A DNA stretch of 64,000 nucleotides from contig JAMWBK010000004.1 of NCBI GenBank assembly GCA_029953675.1, positions 1,736,001 to 1,800,000 of the forward strand, read 5' to 3'. Under the pieces are notes generated by a model. It had not been told where the DNA came from, searched no databases, and was given only the letters and a program-made list of their open reading frames with translations. The position numbers and the translations under genes are program-made. Numbering within the stretch: position 1 is the first letter of the stretch; every line of letters starts with the position of its first letter. The DNA is from Rhodosorus marinus CCMP1338. Lineage: Eukaryota > Plantae > Rhodophyta. Shown in pieces: positions 48,949 through 61,646 of this stretch.

Positions 48949-50492
48949 CATGCGTGTGGCCTCATTGACGCGATCAATAGAGGATCATTGGTGCGTGTTT
49001 TTTGGGATCGTGTGCTAGAGAATAACGTTGGCCTTCGGTCTGCAGTCCGAACCGGAGCATTGGCAGGTTTTCTCTAGCCGATCGAGAAATATGGACTCCG
49101 TGGCGATTGGCTCACGGACCCATTCGCAGCTTGCTGGATCCGGAATACGTTGGTGCGGCGCATCTTGAGTTCGGCACGGAATCCCGGGAACCCGTGCGCG
49201 AGGAACTAGTCCAGAAGGTAGACTCTGGGGTATCCAAACTGCTGAGTAACTCCATGTCCATAATGCCTTCTCCGACCTGTCGAACTCTCTGCGATACAAC
49301 TCGTAGATTGAGTGGAGAGCAGTCATTCAAGTGCAGTACCCTAAAACACGCGATGACCCCGCCCCGGCTTAGGTTTCGCGCTGAAGGTATAGCAGCCTGG
49401 CCGCACATAGGCGTCTTACTACCATAGTAGGGATAGCGACACACAGCCACGATTGTTCATACAAGAAGAGAAGACTCTCTACTTTGCGGAGACAAACGCT
49501 TCTCAACTCAATAAAGTAGGAATCCAGTCTAGGTTCTTACACATCACAAAAAAGGATGATTAGATCTCCGTCTGCCCAGGACAAAGAGAATCCAAAACTC
49601 AAATTACTCTGGAGCAGAGGCGGTAAATGGAAACTACTCAATGTAGTCTGTGACCAAGTTGGCCAAGGCACACTCCGGGTTCCAAACAACCAACAGCAAC
49701 CTGCTCAAAACGGAACCCGATTTTCAATGTTTGCGCGAAACTTCGTCAAAAAAAAAAGAAAATCGGAAGAAAAACAAATTGTGTGGGAAGGACAGTCTCA
49801 AACGATACCGTCTGCCTGGCCAAAGAAGCAAATGGCCAAATGTTACAGCAATATCTTCTCAGGGGGTGGGAGTCTTTTCATATTCGTACCTTGAACTACA
49901 TAATTATTTGTTAAATTCATTTATTGTGGTATTTTATTCAGTTTGGCAAGGGTTAATTCTTCATTTACGATTTTTATTTTTTGGTGGGATCTCGTGAAAA
50001 AGTGGAAGAGTGCGGTTTCCGGCGACATGATATGGGGACGGCTGGGAGAGTGAAAGCCAAAGGCAATGGCTCGGGGCAGCAAGGGCTGACATGTATGCAA
50101 TTCAGAAAGGGAATTTTTACGAAACCACTGCTTTCTATTTTTTATTTTCGTCTTTCTACTGTGCTACGATTTTTCCGTTGTTGTTTGTTTCTGGATTCCA
50201 GCTGGAGGCCTTTTCGCGGGCTGCGCAAAAAGGTTACAGTGAGGAAGACAGGGAAAGCGAAGGTAAGCAGGTGAGAAAAGGAAGCTAGAGCATTTCTGGG
50301 TATTTATCTTTCATGCGCCACGTATTTCAATGCTTTTACTTCATTGCTTTGTTTGCCGTGATTTGCTCTAAGAGGATTGGTCGCCGAGTGACCAAGGCGT
50401 TGGCAACGGGTTATGGTGGTTCCTTGCTAAAGAGGACTGACTATCATCTGCTTCTTTTTTAGGAAAGGGAGCTTGTTCGGTTACAAACGAGG

Positions 50493-51843
50493 ATGAATAT
50501 AGTTGAGGGGAACATGGGCACCTATGTACTCGCCGACAAGCTTGGGGAGGGAGTTCACGGCCATGTTTATAAAGCCAGGGACACGGGGACTGGCGAGTGG
50601 GTAGCGTTGAAGAAGACATGGGTTCGGAGCGCTGATGATGGAATCCCTTCAACGGCGTTGAGGGAGGTTTCAATTCTGCGCACCTTGGATAGCCCTCACG
50701 TTGTCAAGTGAGCCAAGAGCAAACACGGGACAAGTCGCCACGTCTGGTTTAATATAGCCACAGAGGTTTCCGCATGTATGAAATTGCAATTTCAACATAA
50801 TTTACTGATCAGTTCTCCTCCCCGTTGGATGCGTTTCGCTTGCAGACTGAAAGACATCATCCACACGGAAAAGGTCGTGGGTGGCTCCAGAACGCAAGAG
50901 CTCACGCTCGTCTTCGAATTTATCGAGCATGATCTTAAGAAATTCATGGATCAACGGACTAGGGGAGGGCTCGATATGGCTACGGTCCAGGTATCTTCAG
51001 CAAATTCAGGGTTTTCATTAGAGCTCGAGGAGAAGTGAGTCAGTTTGCTAACCAGAACATGACGTTTTTCAATGCCACAGAGCTTCTGTTATCAGATTCT
51101 GCATGGTTTGGAGCACTGCCACTCGAACAGCATTATGCACCGCGATCTGAAGCCCCAGAATATACTGGTTTCGGAGGACTGTAGAATCAAAATTGCGGAC
51201 TTTGGGCTTGGGCGGGTTTTCAGCGCACAGGAAGGAAAATACACGCAAGAAATAGTTACCCTGTGGTACCGCAGCCCTGAGGTGCTTCTTGGAACTGATG
51301 GCTATTCTACGGCAGTGGATATGTGGAGCGTGGGCTGCATTTTGGCTGAAATGGTAACAGGGACTCCAGTGTTCATGGGAGACAGCGAAATAGAGCAGCT
51401 CCTTCTCATATTCAGGTCAGAATCGCTTGTCGTGAAACTTCGTGATACCGGCGCCACATCTTCTGATCGAAATTAACTTGGATTATTTGAGCGCAGACGA
51501 AGAGGTACTCCTACAACCGCCACTTGGCCGAAGCTGACGAAGCATCCAAACTGGCACCAATTTCCTTCGTGGAAGCCGAAACTAGTATCCGAGGTATTCA
51601 GCACTTTGTCGTAGTCCGAAACGCAAAAACAACTTCCTCAGCTTCTGGTATTGCACATCCATGCAGGAATTCCCGGAGCTTGACCCTCTGTGTGCAGACA
51701 TACTGGAGCGAATGCTGCAAATGGACCCTACGAAAAGAATAACAGCGAACGAAGCCCTTCGTCATCCGTTCTTCCTAACGCGAATCCAAGAAGGACCGAG
51801 CCGTGATCGATCTGTGAACAGATTGGTTGCCGTAAAGCACTAG
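50493..51843 (+). CDS. CDKB: Cyclin-dependent kinase, PSTALRE type (CDKB-like); multi-exon
   Basis: LGEGVHGHVYKA, VALKK, GIPSTALREVSIL, LVFEFIEHDLKKFMD, HRDLKPQN, ADFGLGR, YTQEIVTLWYRSPE and DSEIEQLLLIF. A short upstream exon cannot be excluded. Confidence 0.88.
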
Positions 51844-53200
51844 GGGCACCATGCACCGACGGCAAATAAATTATTGTTTTTGCACGAATTGGAATTATCC
51901 ATCCACTGCGAATGAAGGCTCTTCCTAGAAAGTTACCTCCCTTTGTAGAATCCTTGATGGTTGCCTTCCGAACTCCGTGGGCGCGGTAGGACGGGTTTGA
52001 TACCGGATACCCCGATGTAGGAAGCTTGCACGCTATATGACGGATTGTCTTTCAAAAGCAATTTCCATTGGGCTTCGCTCTGTAAGAGTGTGGCCGGTTC
52101 AACTGGAGCTGAGACTCGACGGACAGAATGACTGTTGCGTTTTGTGAGAAGCTTCCGGGCTCTTCGTTAGAAAAAGAATTTCTGAGCGTTCAACTCCTGT
52201 CCACGCGAATACTCCAAACAATTCGTTTCATCGAACGCCAGGACCCACAAAGGTCGACACACCGTAAGCTTCCCTCTTATCGCGAAGAAGAAACCTCTCG
52301 TGTTAAATTCATTGGCGAAGGATTCGCCAATTCCTTGGGCTGACCTTCTCACATGCGCGAAAGGTTGAACCAGACCAAATTTTTCACCACATGTCAGGAA
52401 ATTTGATTGGGGCAGGGTATATCAGCATAGTGCCTAAGAGACTGGAGCTGCCAAAAATTCAAGATCACCTCCAAAGCATTAGCCGCTTTGCCCTAGTAGT
52501 AGAGGGTAGTACCAGTTCTCAAGAAATATGCCACGAAATCAAAGCTGAGTACTTCATTCATCGCGTGCAAAAAAGGATCGAATATCAGACGTCCTCCAGA
52601 ATAAGAGAATCCAGACTGAGCCAATGTGAGGTCTCCCAATACCACGGACTAATATCCATCAAAAAGATATCATCGATATCTTGATATGATCTGCTGAACA
52701 AATGGGCATTCTATGCATTTCTGAAGCAGACGTCTCTATGAATCAATCACAAAAATCCGATGAGCAACAACGCACCTGGTTGGTGAGCCCAGGGCATATT
52801 GGTCGGGATTATGGGCCAATGACAAACATCAGAACTTTGAAGCTGAACGGAATCACTGCGAGAGGAAGTAAGTAATTTCCGGTCCATATCAAGATTCGCT
52901 TTGCTTGTAGCCCATTGCTTACTGCATGCCAGCTCATGGCTTTGGCTCGACGGGCGCTGTAGAATCGCTGTGCGTGATGGGGATCACTTCGAAAGGTTGT
53001 TTCTCCGGCAGTTGCTGCTGACCAAAGACGTCGCTAATTAATCATCCTTGCAGTCTCCTCGTTTATTAAACACTACCAAAAACACATAATTCCCGATTGA
53101 TTGGACTTCACTTACAAAGAGTTCACAAGCACATAACCACATACCAATCGTCTCACATCCAAACAAAAAATACATCATGGCAAAAAGAAAAAGCACATTT

Positions 53201-54034
53201 CTATCCTTCAATAGACCCGATTCCCGGAGCAGGAACATTACCAAGAGAAAGATACCCAGTGGGGGAGAATCCGTGACTGGAGGAAAAGTCAATTGCTGGC
53301 AGGCCATCCTGTTCGAAAACTACTTCAAACATATGTGGATCTCCCCTCTCTTCAACCTCGACCTCTACTTCAACGCCAATCATCCATGGGTCCATTGGCA
53401 TTACATGCGCTGCTGCTGGCAAGTCCTCTGGAATTACAACAGGCTGGGAGGGAGGGGGTGCAAGTCGAGGAGGAGCAGACTTCGTGCTCTTCTCGGAAGG
53501 ATTTCTCTTGTCCTGCCCGGCGTACGGCTCGCAATCCGGATGCCTCCCTAAGTACGCCTCCAAGTTCTTTGCCAGTGGAGCAGCATTGCCAGCTATTTTC
53601 CTTCTTTCTACACGGTTCCAAATTGGCACGTGTGCGCCAAGACCGGTCGGTTGTACAAAATCGCCTTTTTTGTTCGCGCTCAAATCAACGTTCTGGTTGC
53701 TGTACACCTCGCAATCTGGATGCTTCCGCAGATAAGCCGCAAGGTTTTTACCCAGCGGCGCTGCGTTTCCTGCGATCTTTCTCTTCTCAGTCTTGTTCCA
53801 TATAGTCACATGTTGGCCACTGGCATACTCCCGGCCATTAACTACGACAACCACGGGCCGAGGACTGTGGGTCTCGACTGGCGCTGGGAGTGATATCTCA
53901 CTCGCAACTGGTTGCTCCACGACATGCTCTCCCGCGGGATGGAAATGGTCAGCTCTATTTTGTTCATGAGCATAGTCTACGGGATTATGGTCATCCATTT
54001 CCATCATCATCTCATCATCCATTTCACATATCAT
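53201..54034 (-). CDS. Stand-alone protein with two tandem BRK-like domains
   Basis: 277-aa ORF with an internal repeat: HVTIWNKTEKRKIAGNAAPLGKNLAAYLRKHPDCEVY and HVPIWNRVERRKIAGNAAPLAKNLEAYLGRHPDCEPY. Both resemble the BRK consensus (V.V.N..TG..L.G..AP..K.L..WL..NP.YEV). The flanks are low complexity. Confidence 0.75.
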   Translation of the reverse strand: MICEMDDEMMMEMDDHNPVDYAHEQNRADHFHPAGEHVVEQPVASEISLPAPVETHSPRPVVVVVNGREYASGQHVTIWNKTEKRKIAGNAAPLGKNLAAYLRKHPDCEVYSNQNVDLSANKKGDFVQPTGLGAHVPIWNRVERRKIAGNAAPLAKNLEAYLGRHPDCEPYAGQDKRNPSEKSTKSAPPRLAPPPSQPVVIPEDLPAAAHVMPMDPWMIGVEVEVEVEERGDPHMFEVVFEQDGLPAIDFSSSHGFSPTGYLSLGNVPAPGIGSIEG

Positions 54035-57000
54035 ATTTCCTTCTCTCTGAAAAAACTACTAAAGATCTCGGCTCAAAATTTTACCTAGTACAACGTTTAA
54101 CCTTACTCCGTCTCCTCCCGTATCTAGCCACAAACTCTTCCACTTGCAAAACCGAGCAACTCATGAATTCCGACTTCTTCGAACCCCCCAGAGTTCAAAC
54201 CAAGTAATGACAAGATTCTAGCACAGGTTTCCAACCCAATCCTCCACGAGGACTCTTGCTGCTTTCCTTCGTATGCTCAAGCTTCTTTCCCCCTACACGA
54301 TCCACCCATCACCCACCTCGCGACACTCCCCATTCCTCCGCCCGTCAGATCTCTAAAAATACCCCTCTTGCCAGTGCTCCAATATTAAAGCTACCAACTC
54401 GCGAAGCATTTTCCTGGCAAGCTAAAAATCTTCGAATAAGACACAGGCATGGTGGAGTACTCCACCCCTTCCTGCGTAGATGCTAAGCCTACAATCCTCG
54501 TGAGCACTTGTCCCACCCTGGTGATCCTGTTTACTTTCGGCGTAGACTTATGATTTCATGGATTTTCACGCCAAATTGAGGTGGGATCAATTTTCAATGG
54601 CGCATTGGTCACAACCGAGGTCCATCGGCTAAGAAGTCACCCTCCCTGGCCGTTTCCATCCTTTGCGAAAATGGTCGTCTACATTGGGATTCCCCCCCCT
54701 ACCGTCTTTCCTATGCATCAACTTTTGTCCACCCTTTGTATGCATTTGGTTTGAGAACGATGCATATTTTATATTGTTATTCATATTTCCACCTCCCCTT
54801 GCCCTTGCTAACACGGGTGCGGCAAGGCCATATTGAACGGTACGGTCCAAGGAACATGATTGGATAGATTTTCGAAAGCTGTTGATTTATGATTGGAGAG
54901 AAAATAGGCTTCTGCCAATCAGCGCCTGTGAAAGAAATGAATCGCCACAAATGGCCGATGCCTTCCTGTTGTTGGGTGTAGGGGGGGGAAGAGAACCAAA
55001 TTCCAACGATTCGTCTCAAAAGTCCGACATTTACTTAGGACAAGTACCTATCCCCTCCTTTGCGCTGTTGTCTCATTCTGTACCTACCAGGTATCTTCTA
55101 AATATCATAACAATTGAATTAACGCAGTCCAGTCACGGGGTAGGTGGCTGATAGATTTTTGGTCCCACCCCTGAAGAGCTGGTAAAATGCTTTCCATCTA
55201 CTTTCCTCCCCCTTGATCGCACGGGAAAAAATGTAGGCAAGCCAGTACTGAAAAAAAACAAACCGTGGATGCGTACTCCATGGAAGCGTTGAAAATAAAA
55301 CTTATAAAAAATTACCAAAGAAGCATTGAGCGGAACACTCCGACCCCAGTGAATCAATCTCCACAATCCCCCCAAAATGTCCCAAAAATATCTTATTTTG
55401 ATAGATTGCAGTCGAGCGTGATGCGGAACTTGGGGGGTAGAACTTGCACTAGCTTATCCAAGAGCTTGCTTTCATTCGACCAAGGCAAAGCGACAAAAAA
55501 AACAAAAATATTTGAGGCTCTGCGGGAAAAAAATAGATTAACTTCTATTTGCATCGACAAGTAATACACCCCTACTATCCTATATTTTGCAACTCGTTGA
55601 CTTCGTTTTTTTGGTGAAAAATTTATTCACATCAACTAGGGCTTGCGAGGATACAGGGGTTGTTGATCACGAAACGTCCGAAGAGGAGTAATGCGGGGTG
55701 AGGAAGGGGTTACAAAATACGTTTGTTTTTCCGGGGATTGGTGCAATGTGCCGGAGTGCTCCTTTTTTTGCTTCCTGAAAGCGAGCGGATTGAAACCTGC
55801 GGGCAAGAACGGAAACCCTGGTGGTTCTAAACTGCTGATTCGCTGTCCAATCTTGTCACTTGATGAACCTGTTGGGTGTGACAGCTGGGAGATAGAAGCT
55901 GGATTTCAAGGCTGGTTTTTTTTTTCTGTCGCTGCTACTAAATGATCATCTGGTGGTTTTATTTTTAGTTCACGGAATACTTTTGCTCTGGTATGGAGAT
56001 TGAAAAGGAGAGGGGGGGGGGAGTGCGTGAGTTCGTCGGTCAGCGAACTCCTCGTTCGCGTTGGATCCGTTTTTATTGTCCCATTGTCACGGCCAAGGTG
56101 TTGTCTGTGGATCAGGTTATTTCAAACACGCTTGACGTTCCAAGAATTCAGAGATATTGAGCGAGGAACTAATGCCTGCGGCGATCGGGGTTGAGCGTGT
56201 AACCGAGGTGCGTTCAAACTACACGCACGTGGATCTTGGTCAAGAATGCGATCGTTGCTCCTTTTTTTTTTTGTGTTGGCATCCGCTCGAAAAACTCGTT
56301 GTCCTAGCATCGTCAAAAAAGAACTGCTCGTGTCCGCGGATAGGATTGTGCGGGGTGCCCCTTCCATCGCCTTCTCCTGACCAACCAAACTCGTGTTCTT
56401 GTAACAATTAAATGTCTTAAGCCCGGTTCATCTCTCAATTCTATGCATTAGGGTATCGATGATCTGCTTTCGTAGAAGGCGATCGATCTTCGTCACTCAA
56501 CAGTCGACTCTTTATCATCGCCCTACTTTCCGTCCCAAAAGAGATGATGTTCTCCACGCACTCACATCACGCATTTAGACGACGTTCCGCGGATCCTCTG
56601 TCCTAAATTTCAAACTTATGAAATGATTATTTTTACACGCATATGGAAATTTGTATCACCGCACGAAAATTCGCCGAAGCGGTGGGGTGGCTGGACCGTT
56701 GGATTACCTCTTATTCCTAATTTTTTAGACCTCAAAAAGATGTTTAGTGGACACTCTCTCAGCCGTGGTTAGTTTTCGAAGAGAGATGTAGGATGTACTT
56801 TGCTTATCAAGGAAGGAACCCATAGGACGTTTGTTTGCGCCATGAAAAATTCGGGGGGCAAAACCTAGCTTGGAGTTAATCTACGGTATGTTGTTTCTAG
56901 AATTTCCATTAAGTTTCGCAGTTGTATTCGTAATCTGTACGTATTCTCCCGCTAGATAAAACAGAATATTTGATATATGTACATCAATAAAAGCGTAAAT

Positions 57001-57424
57001 AATAGATTCAAAACAGGTTTATATTGCATAATCTGAAACAATGTAGGGTACATAAAACACTGATGCGTTAAAAATTAGCTTCAACTACAGCTTATGCCCC
57101 AAATCCAAAAATTTCGTTAGCTTTTTGGGACAGACTGTCTATAATATGAGCATGAAGTTCTCTCTCTCTGAGGACGTCGCCGAGGTCGTGTGATAGGGGC
57201 TATTGGAGGTCTCCGGAAAGATGGAGCTCCAGTAAAAGGATATTCAGAACTGCTACCGTTTTCAGTGTCCAATTTTTCTGGTGCCGTCTCTCTAGTAACT
57301 GTTGGTTTGGAGTGGATTTCGGGTGGCGCAACCCAGGATGGTTTGCGGTGGCGTCTACGGTGGCGAAAGCTGATTTGCTTTGTGCGTTTTCAGGTCGAAG
57401 GTTGAAATCGTGCAAGAAATTAGA

Positions 57425-58472
57425 ATGAGCAGTTTCCTGGAAGGTGGCAATACGGTACTCTGCAGTGCAGCCGAGAACGGTTTGGTGTTGGATAGGTTGG
57501 ACCCGTTCGTACTTGTCATCAAATTTTCAAGGGCGGAGGTCCGCAATGCTCTCTGCGACGCAACGTACACTGCCCTTGCGGCTACTCTCAACGACGCAAA
57601 GGATGACAAGGACATTGAGTTCATCATCCTTACAGGTAGGAAGATTTTCGTAAACCGAATCTTTTCAGAAGGGTTCCACGACCACTGCTTACTAGAATTG
57701 TTTCCCCTTTGCCATTCAAAACTAGGCGATGGCGAGTTTTTCTGTGGTGGGATGGACTTGAAGAATGGGTTCAAGTCTTACGACGATCTACAGGACAACC
57801 CCGTCTATAAATTTATGTGTTCGATGATCGAGTGCCCGAAAGTTCTTATAGCTTTGGTCAACGGACCGGCAATTGGGATTGGAACAACTCTCCTTCTGCA
57901 TGTGGACCTCGTTTTCGCGTTGAGATCAGCCTACTTTTGGATTCCGTTTATCCGCGCTGGCATCGTTCCCGAGTTCGCCTCTTCAAAAGTGCTTCCCGAG
58001 GTCATCGGCCAGGCTGCGGCCGCGAAAATGGTCCTTTTAGGACAGAAAATGACCGCAGAAGAAGCTTTTCAGCGGGGACTCGTCGGAGAGTTGTTGGACT
58101 GTGAGCAGAACCTTGCCGTCACGAAAGTCGCCCAAACCTTGAGGGAATCCCTTGAAGGAATCCCGCACGCCGGATCGGTAAGGGTAAAAAAGGAATTCTT
58201 CTGTGTCCATCAGTTTGCCTCGCACCCCACCGCTCTTTTGCTAATCTCGGCAGCCACTTTTCAAACGTCCTCTTCCTTTTTGAAAGGCCCTGTTGGAATC
58301 AAAGCGCTTGATGCGACTAGACCGAGTGGACTCCGTAAAGCGTGCAATACTCCTTGAATTTGAAGCCGTAGGGAGGCGCATCGCTAGTGGGAAAACAGGC
58401 GATGCAGTAGCTGCTTTGCGATACCAGATGGACCATCAGAGCGGTCATCACTCCAAACACGCCAAGTTGTGA
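57425..58472 (+). CDS. ECI2: Peroxisomal delta3,delta2-enoyl-CoA isomerase (crotonase family, ECI2-like, no ACBP domain); 3 exons
   Basis: FSRAEVRNAL, FFCGGMDL, PKVLIALVNGPAIGIGTTLLLHVDLV and GIVPEFASS. After the intron GTAAGG(~58179)...GAAAG the frame ends HQSGHHSKHAKL*, a PTS1 signal. Confidence 0.9.
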
Positions 58473-58505
58473 ACTCCCTTAAAACCTTGACTATGAAGTC
58501 CCGAG

Positions 58506-60084
58506 TCATGAGCTGCTCGATGATCTGTCCTGTAGTAAGTGCGTGACAGTTTTGGACAGGATTCCATCAAGGCGTTTCAAATGGGTATCTTCCATCTTTG
58601 CCCTTTGTGTCTCCCGTACGTAATGGTTGAATGTAAAGTCCGGTCCGTATATCTCGAAGAAAGGGTTCTCTGGTACCTCGTCGGGGATCTCTACAGAAGC
58701 GGCTGCGGCGGTGATGCTTGCCAACGCCCTTGCAGTGTTCGCTTGGGAGTACTACGCGGAATTACAAGTGTCCGAGGAATGAGGACGTAGACGTTAGCTG
58801 TAGGCCTGAGTTGCCTCTCAGTCTGCTAATTCAGTGGGGATGCTTACCCCACCACCGCCAAGGAGTACAGTTGGAAGTTCCCTGGAGCACGGGAGTGGTT
58901 CGTTAATCAGTTCTCCATGGGATAAGAGCTGAGGCTCTTGCTCCACAAGAGCAAATTCTTACCAGTCTAGAATACGGCGAACAGCGCGAGTGAGACCTTG
59001 AACCGAAACACGAAGTTCTCCAAGTGGGTCGCCCTGCGTTTGGTTTGGAAGCGGAACCGGCAAAAGAAAGTGTGAGCCCGTCAGCGGGCTGTTGGCATGC
59101 GTGAATCTGAAAGAGTGCGTTGATAAGAGAAAGAACTGTACCGAAAGACAATCAGGCCCAGCCACGAGAACGACAGCTTTCGGGTTGTAGGCCCTTTTGA
59201 CTTGTTCTGTGGCTTTCCCTATAAGAGGGACGAAGACTTCATCGCCGGTATTTGGGAGTAGCGGCATGTTCAGTGCGTAGCCGCGCCTAGTGGGAACAGA
59301 AGTCTGGTAAACTTTGGGTACACAAGAAACCGACCTGCATTGTGGGGGTTGGGATCTGTACCCGGCTTTGCCTTCTTCGGCCGGAAACCCTCCTGTGCCC
59401 GGAAAGAAGCCCTACACGAAGATAGAGAAAGCACCGACGGCTGGGGTCAGTGTGGATAAAGTGGAATTTTGTAAACAAGCCAAAGAGTTTTGGAAATCGG
59501 CGTACTCTAGAAAAGGCGTGGAAGGACACGGTCATCACTTCGTCTGTCGTGATGAATGCTTCTTCAACCCCATCTCCGTGGTGCGCATCCAAGTCAATGT
59601 AAAGAACCCTGCCGAGATTGGTAGACAAATGATTGCATGCGATAACGGCATCGTTGACATAGCAGAAACCAGACGCGGATGACCACTTGGCATGGTGTCG
59701 TCCACCACCCCACCAAATCGCTCTCAGGGTCGTTCCTGACGCCACAGCCCTTGCAGCGTGCAGCGCTCCTCCTGCTGTTAGCAGTGCGTACTTCAACATC
59801 CCAGAAAATGGAGCGCAGTCGTCCACTAGTCCATAGTCTTCTAGCTCTTCCAGGTCAGCCGGGGGGTCGTTCAGGGCATTCAGGTAGTCCTTAGAGTGAA
59901 ACGCCTCCAGCTCTTCCACGAGAGCCTCTCGAACCCGTTCAACCGTCAGATGCTGGTACAATCCCATTGCTGAGATCAGCGCTTCCACTATCGGAGTCCT
60001 CAATGATAGCCTCGGAATCATTTCGCAGAGTTCTACGTACTCGATCGTAGGCGCAATATACGCCACTCGGCTCCTCTTCTCCAT
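58506..60084 (-). CDS. HDAC8: Class I histone deacetylase, Hos1/HDAC8-like; multi-exon
   Basis: FHSKDYL, GLVDDCAPF, WGGGRHHAK..ASGFCYVND, VLYIDLDAHHGDGVEEAF, LNMPL, GDPLGE and LLGGGG|YSQANTAR. The symbol is a best match, not proven orthology. Confidence 0.88.
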
Positions 60085-60710
60085 CGCGAAAAACACGTAT
60101 CAGCAGCAGCTTTTCCCTCAACTCGGTCCCCCAAGTGCAGTCCAGAGGTTCAAATCGCGATCGGTCCCATTGGAAACCATTGGACTCTCGCGTTGATGTT
60201 GCTGAGGTATTTCCGATGGCTCAGTATGCCTAACCGAAAGCGACAGAAGCTACTACCATCAGAGCTCAACGCAAACTTCAAATGACAGGACAGAGGAGAA
60301 GTGATCAATTTAAATCTCCCGCCGAAAATCTATTGGGGCGAAGCGCCTGACCAGTTGAACCGGTCGAGAGCCACTTCTGGAAGAGGCTTTTCACGTCAGT
60401 GGACTAGTTGAACGCTTTGAATGTAACACCCGTTATGGATTCGGGGATGACTGCACGCCGTTTACTGGAATGTTGAAGCTTCACATGACCACTGCATGCT
60501 GCGAGGGCTGTGGTGTCAACAGCGGTCTTGAGAGCGATTTCGTGCATGGATCTGAACCATCTTCACTTGTTTTGCATTCCAGGTTCGAGAACCCCGGCTA
60601 CATCCTTCCGAGGACTGCTAGGGTATCAAGATTTGCCATTGAAGTAGATGAATGAGTTTCTCTGTGCTTCACGAATTCATTTTTTTCTTTTTGTGTTTCG
60701 ATTTCGGTTA

Positions 60711-61646
60711 TCAATTCTTCAGTTTGAGGATGACGGATCGCATTCTAGAAGTGTCTCTCTGGCCCTCCGCGTAGCTGCCGGTGAGGTTGGCCAAGTGGGG
60801 GATGACGTTCCAGTTCGGTTTCTGTCCGGGTTTGCTGAACTGCTTGAGAACGGCGTCACGATCGGATATGAATTTCTTCTCAAAGTCTTGGTTAACCTTC
60901 TTGTTGCTCGACACGCGTTCCTCCCAACGTTTGTGCATCTTGGAAAGGGTGTCTTTTGCCTCGGCTTGCGTCTCTGCTCTCACCTTCTTCTCATATGCTT
61001 GCTTCTTCTCGAGTCTGAGCGCAGCAAAGTTTATCGCCTGGATTTCAGGACGTAGAAGCAAGTGGAAAATTACAGGCACTTAGAAACACCTTACCTCTCA
61101 GCGTAATCAATTCTCCACTGCTTGATCGCCGGGGGCGTGGACGGGACAGCATCTTCATCGTCGTCATCATCATCTGCGTCCTCGACTTCAATCTGCTCGG
61201 GCTTGGTAGTAGATTCAGGCATCACAAATCCATAATCACCACCCTGTGCAGCTTGGGGTGCGGGTTCCTCTCCACCTTCAGCAGGTGCAGAACTGAAGAA
61301 GTCCCCACCTGTCCCTGAAGTCCAGAACCGGCTGTTTAGTGAGTACTTGCACAACCACACTAGTGACAAGATCTAGTTATTAACAAAAAAGAAACGCACG
61401 ACATACCTGCAGCCGGGGCATCATTCCCTTTCGCCGGATCCGGGTAATCCTTGAAGAAATCTAAGAAACAAGATAACAAATATGGGAGTAAACCGATGAT
61501 CAGCCAAAGTCAATTGGGAGATTCGCTCCTTAAAAGCCACAACTAACGGTGGCATACAAACAAAAAAACTATCGTCAAGAAAACAAGGAGCAAGAAGCCT
61601 CGATCATAAAAGCAGACTGCTTACCCTCCTCTCCTCCGTCCGCCAT
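60711..61646 (-). CDS. CLC: Clathrin light chain; 4 exons
   Basis: Exon 1 MADGGEE splices to DFFKDYPDP. An acidic region and AIKQWR follow, then a coiled coil, W..I..L and a terminal RDTSRMRSVILKLK (cf. KDVSRMRSVLISLK). Confidence 0.88.

Noticed and set aside
49015-49450. Overlapping ~105-aa ORFs next to the minisatellite
   Set aside because: No recognisable domain and no way to choose a strand. GC-rich sequence readily gives such ORFs.
52128-53030. Possible decayed membrane-protein gene downstream of the BRK gene
   Set aside because: The hydrophobic minus-strand stretches are broken by many stops and match no family I recognise.
54500-57100. Short ORFs in the long BRK-ECI2 intergenic region
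   Set aside because: Low-complexity or composition-driven, with no motifs. Treated as regulatory or intergenic DNA.
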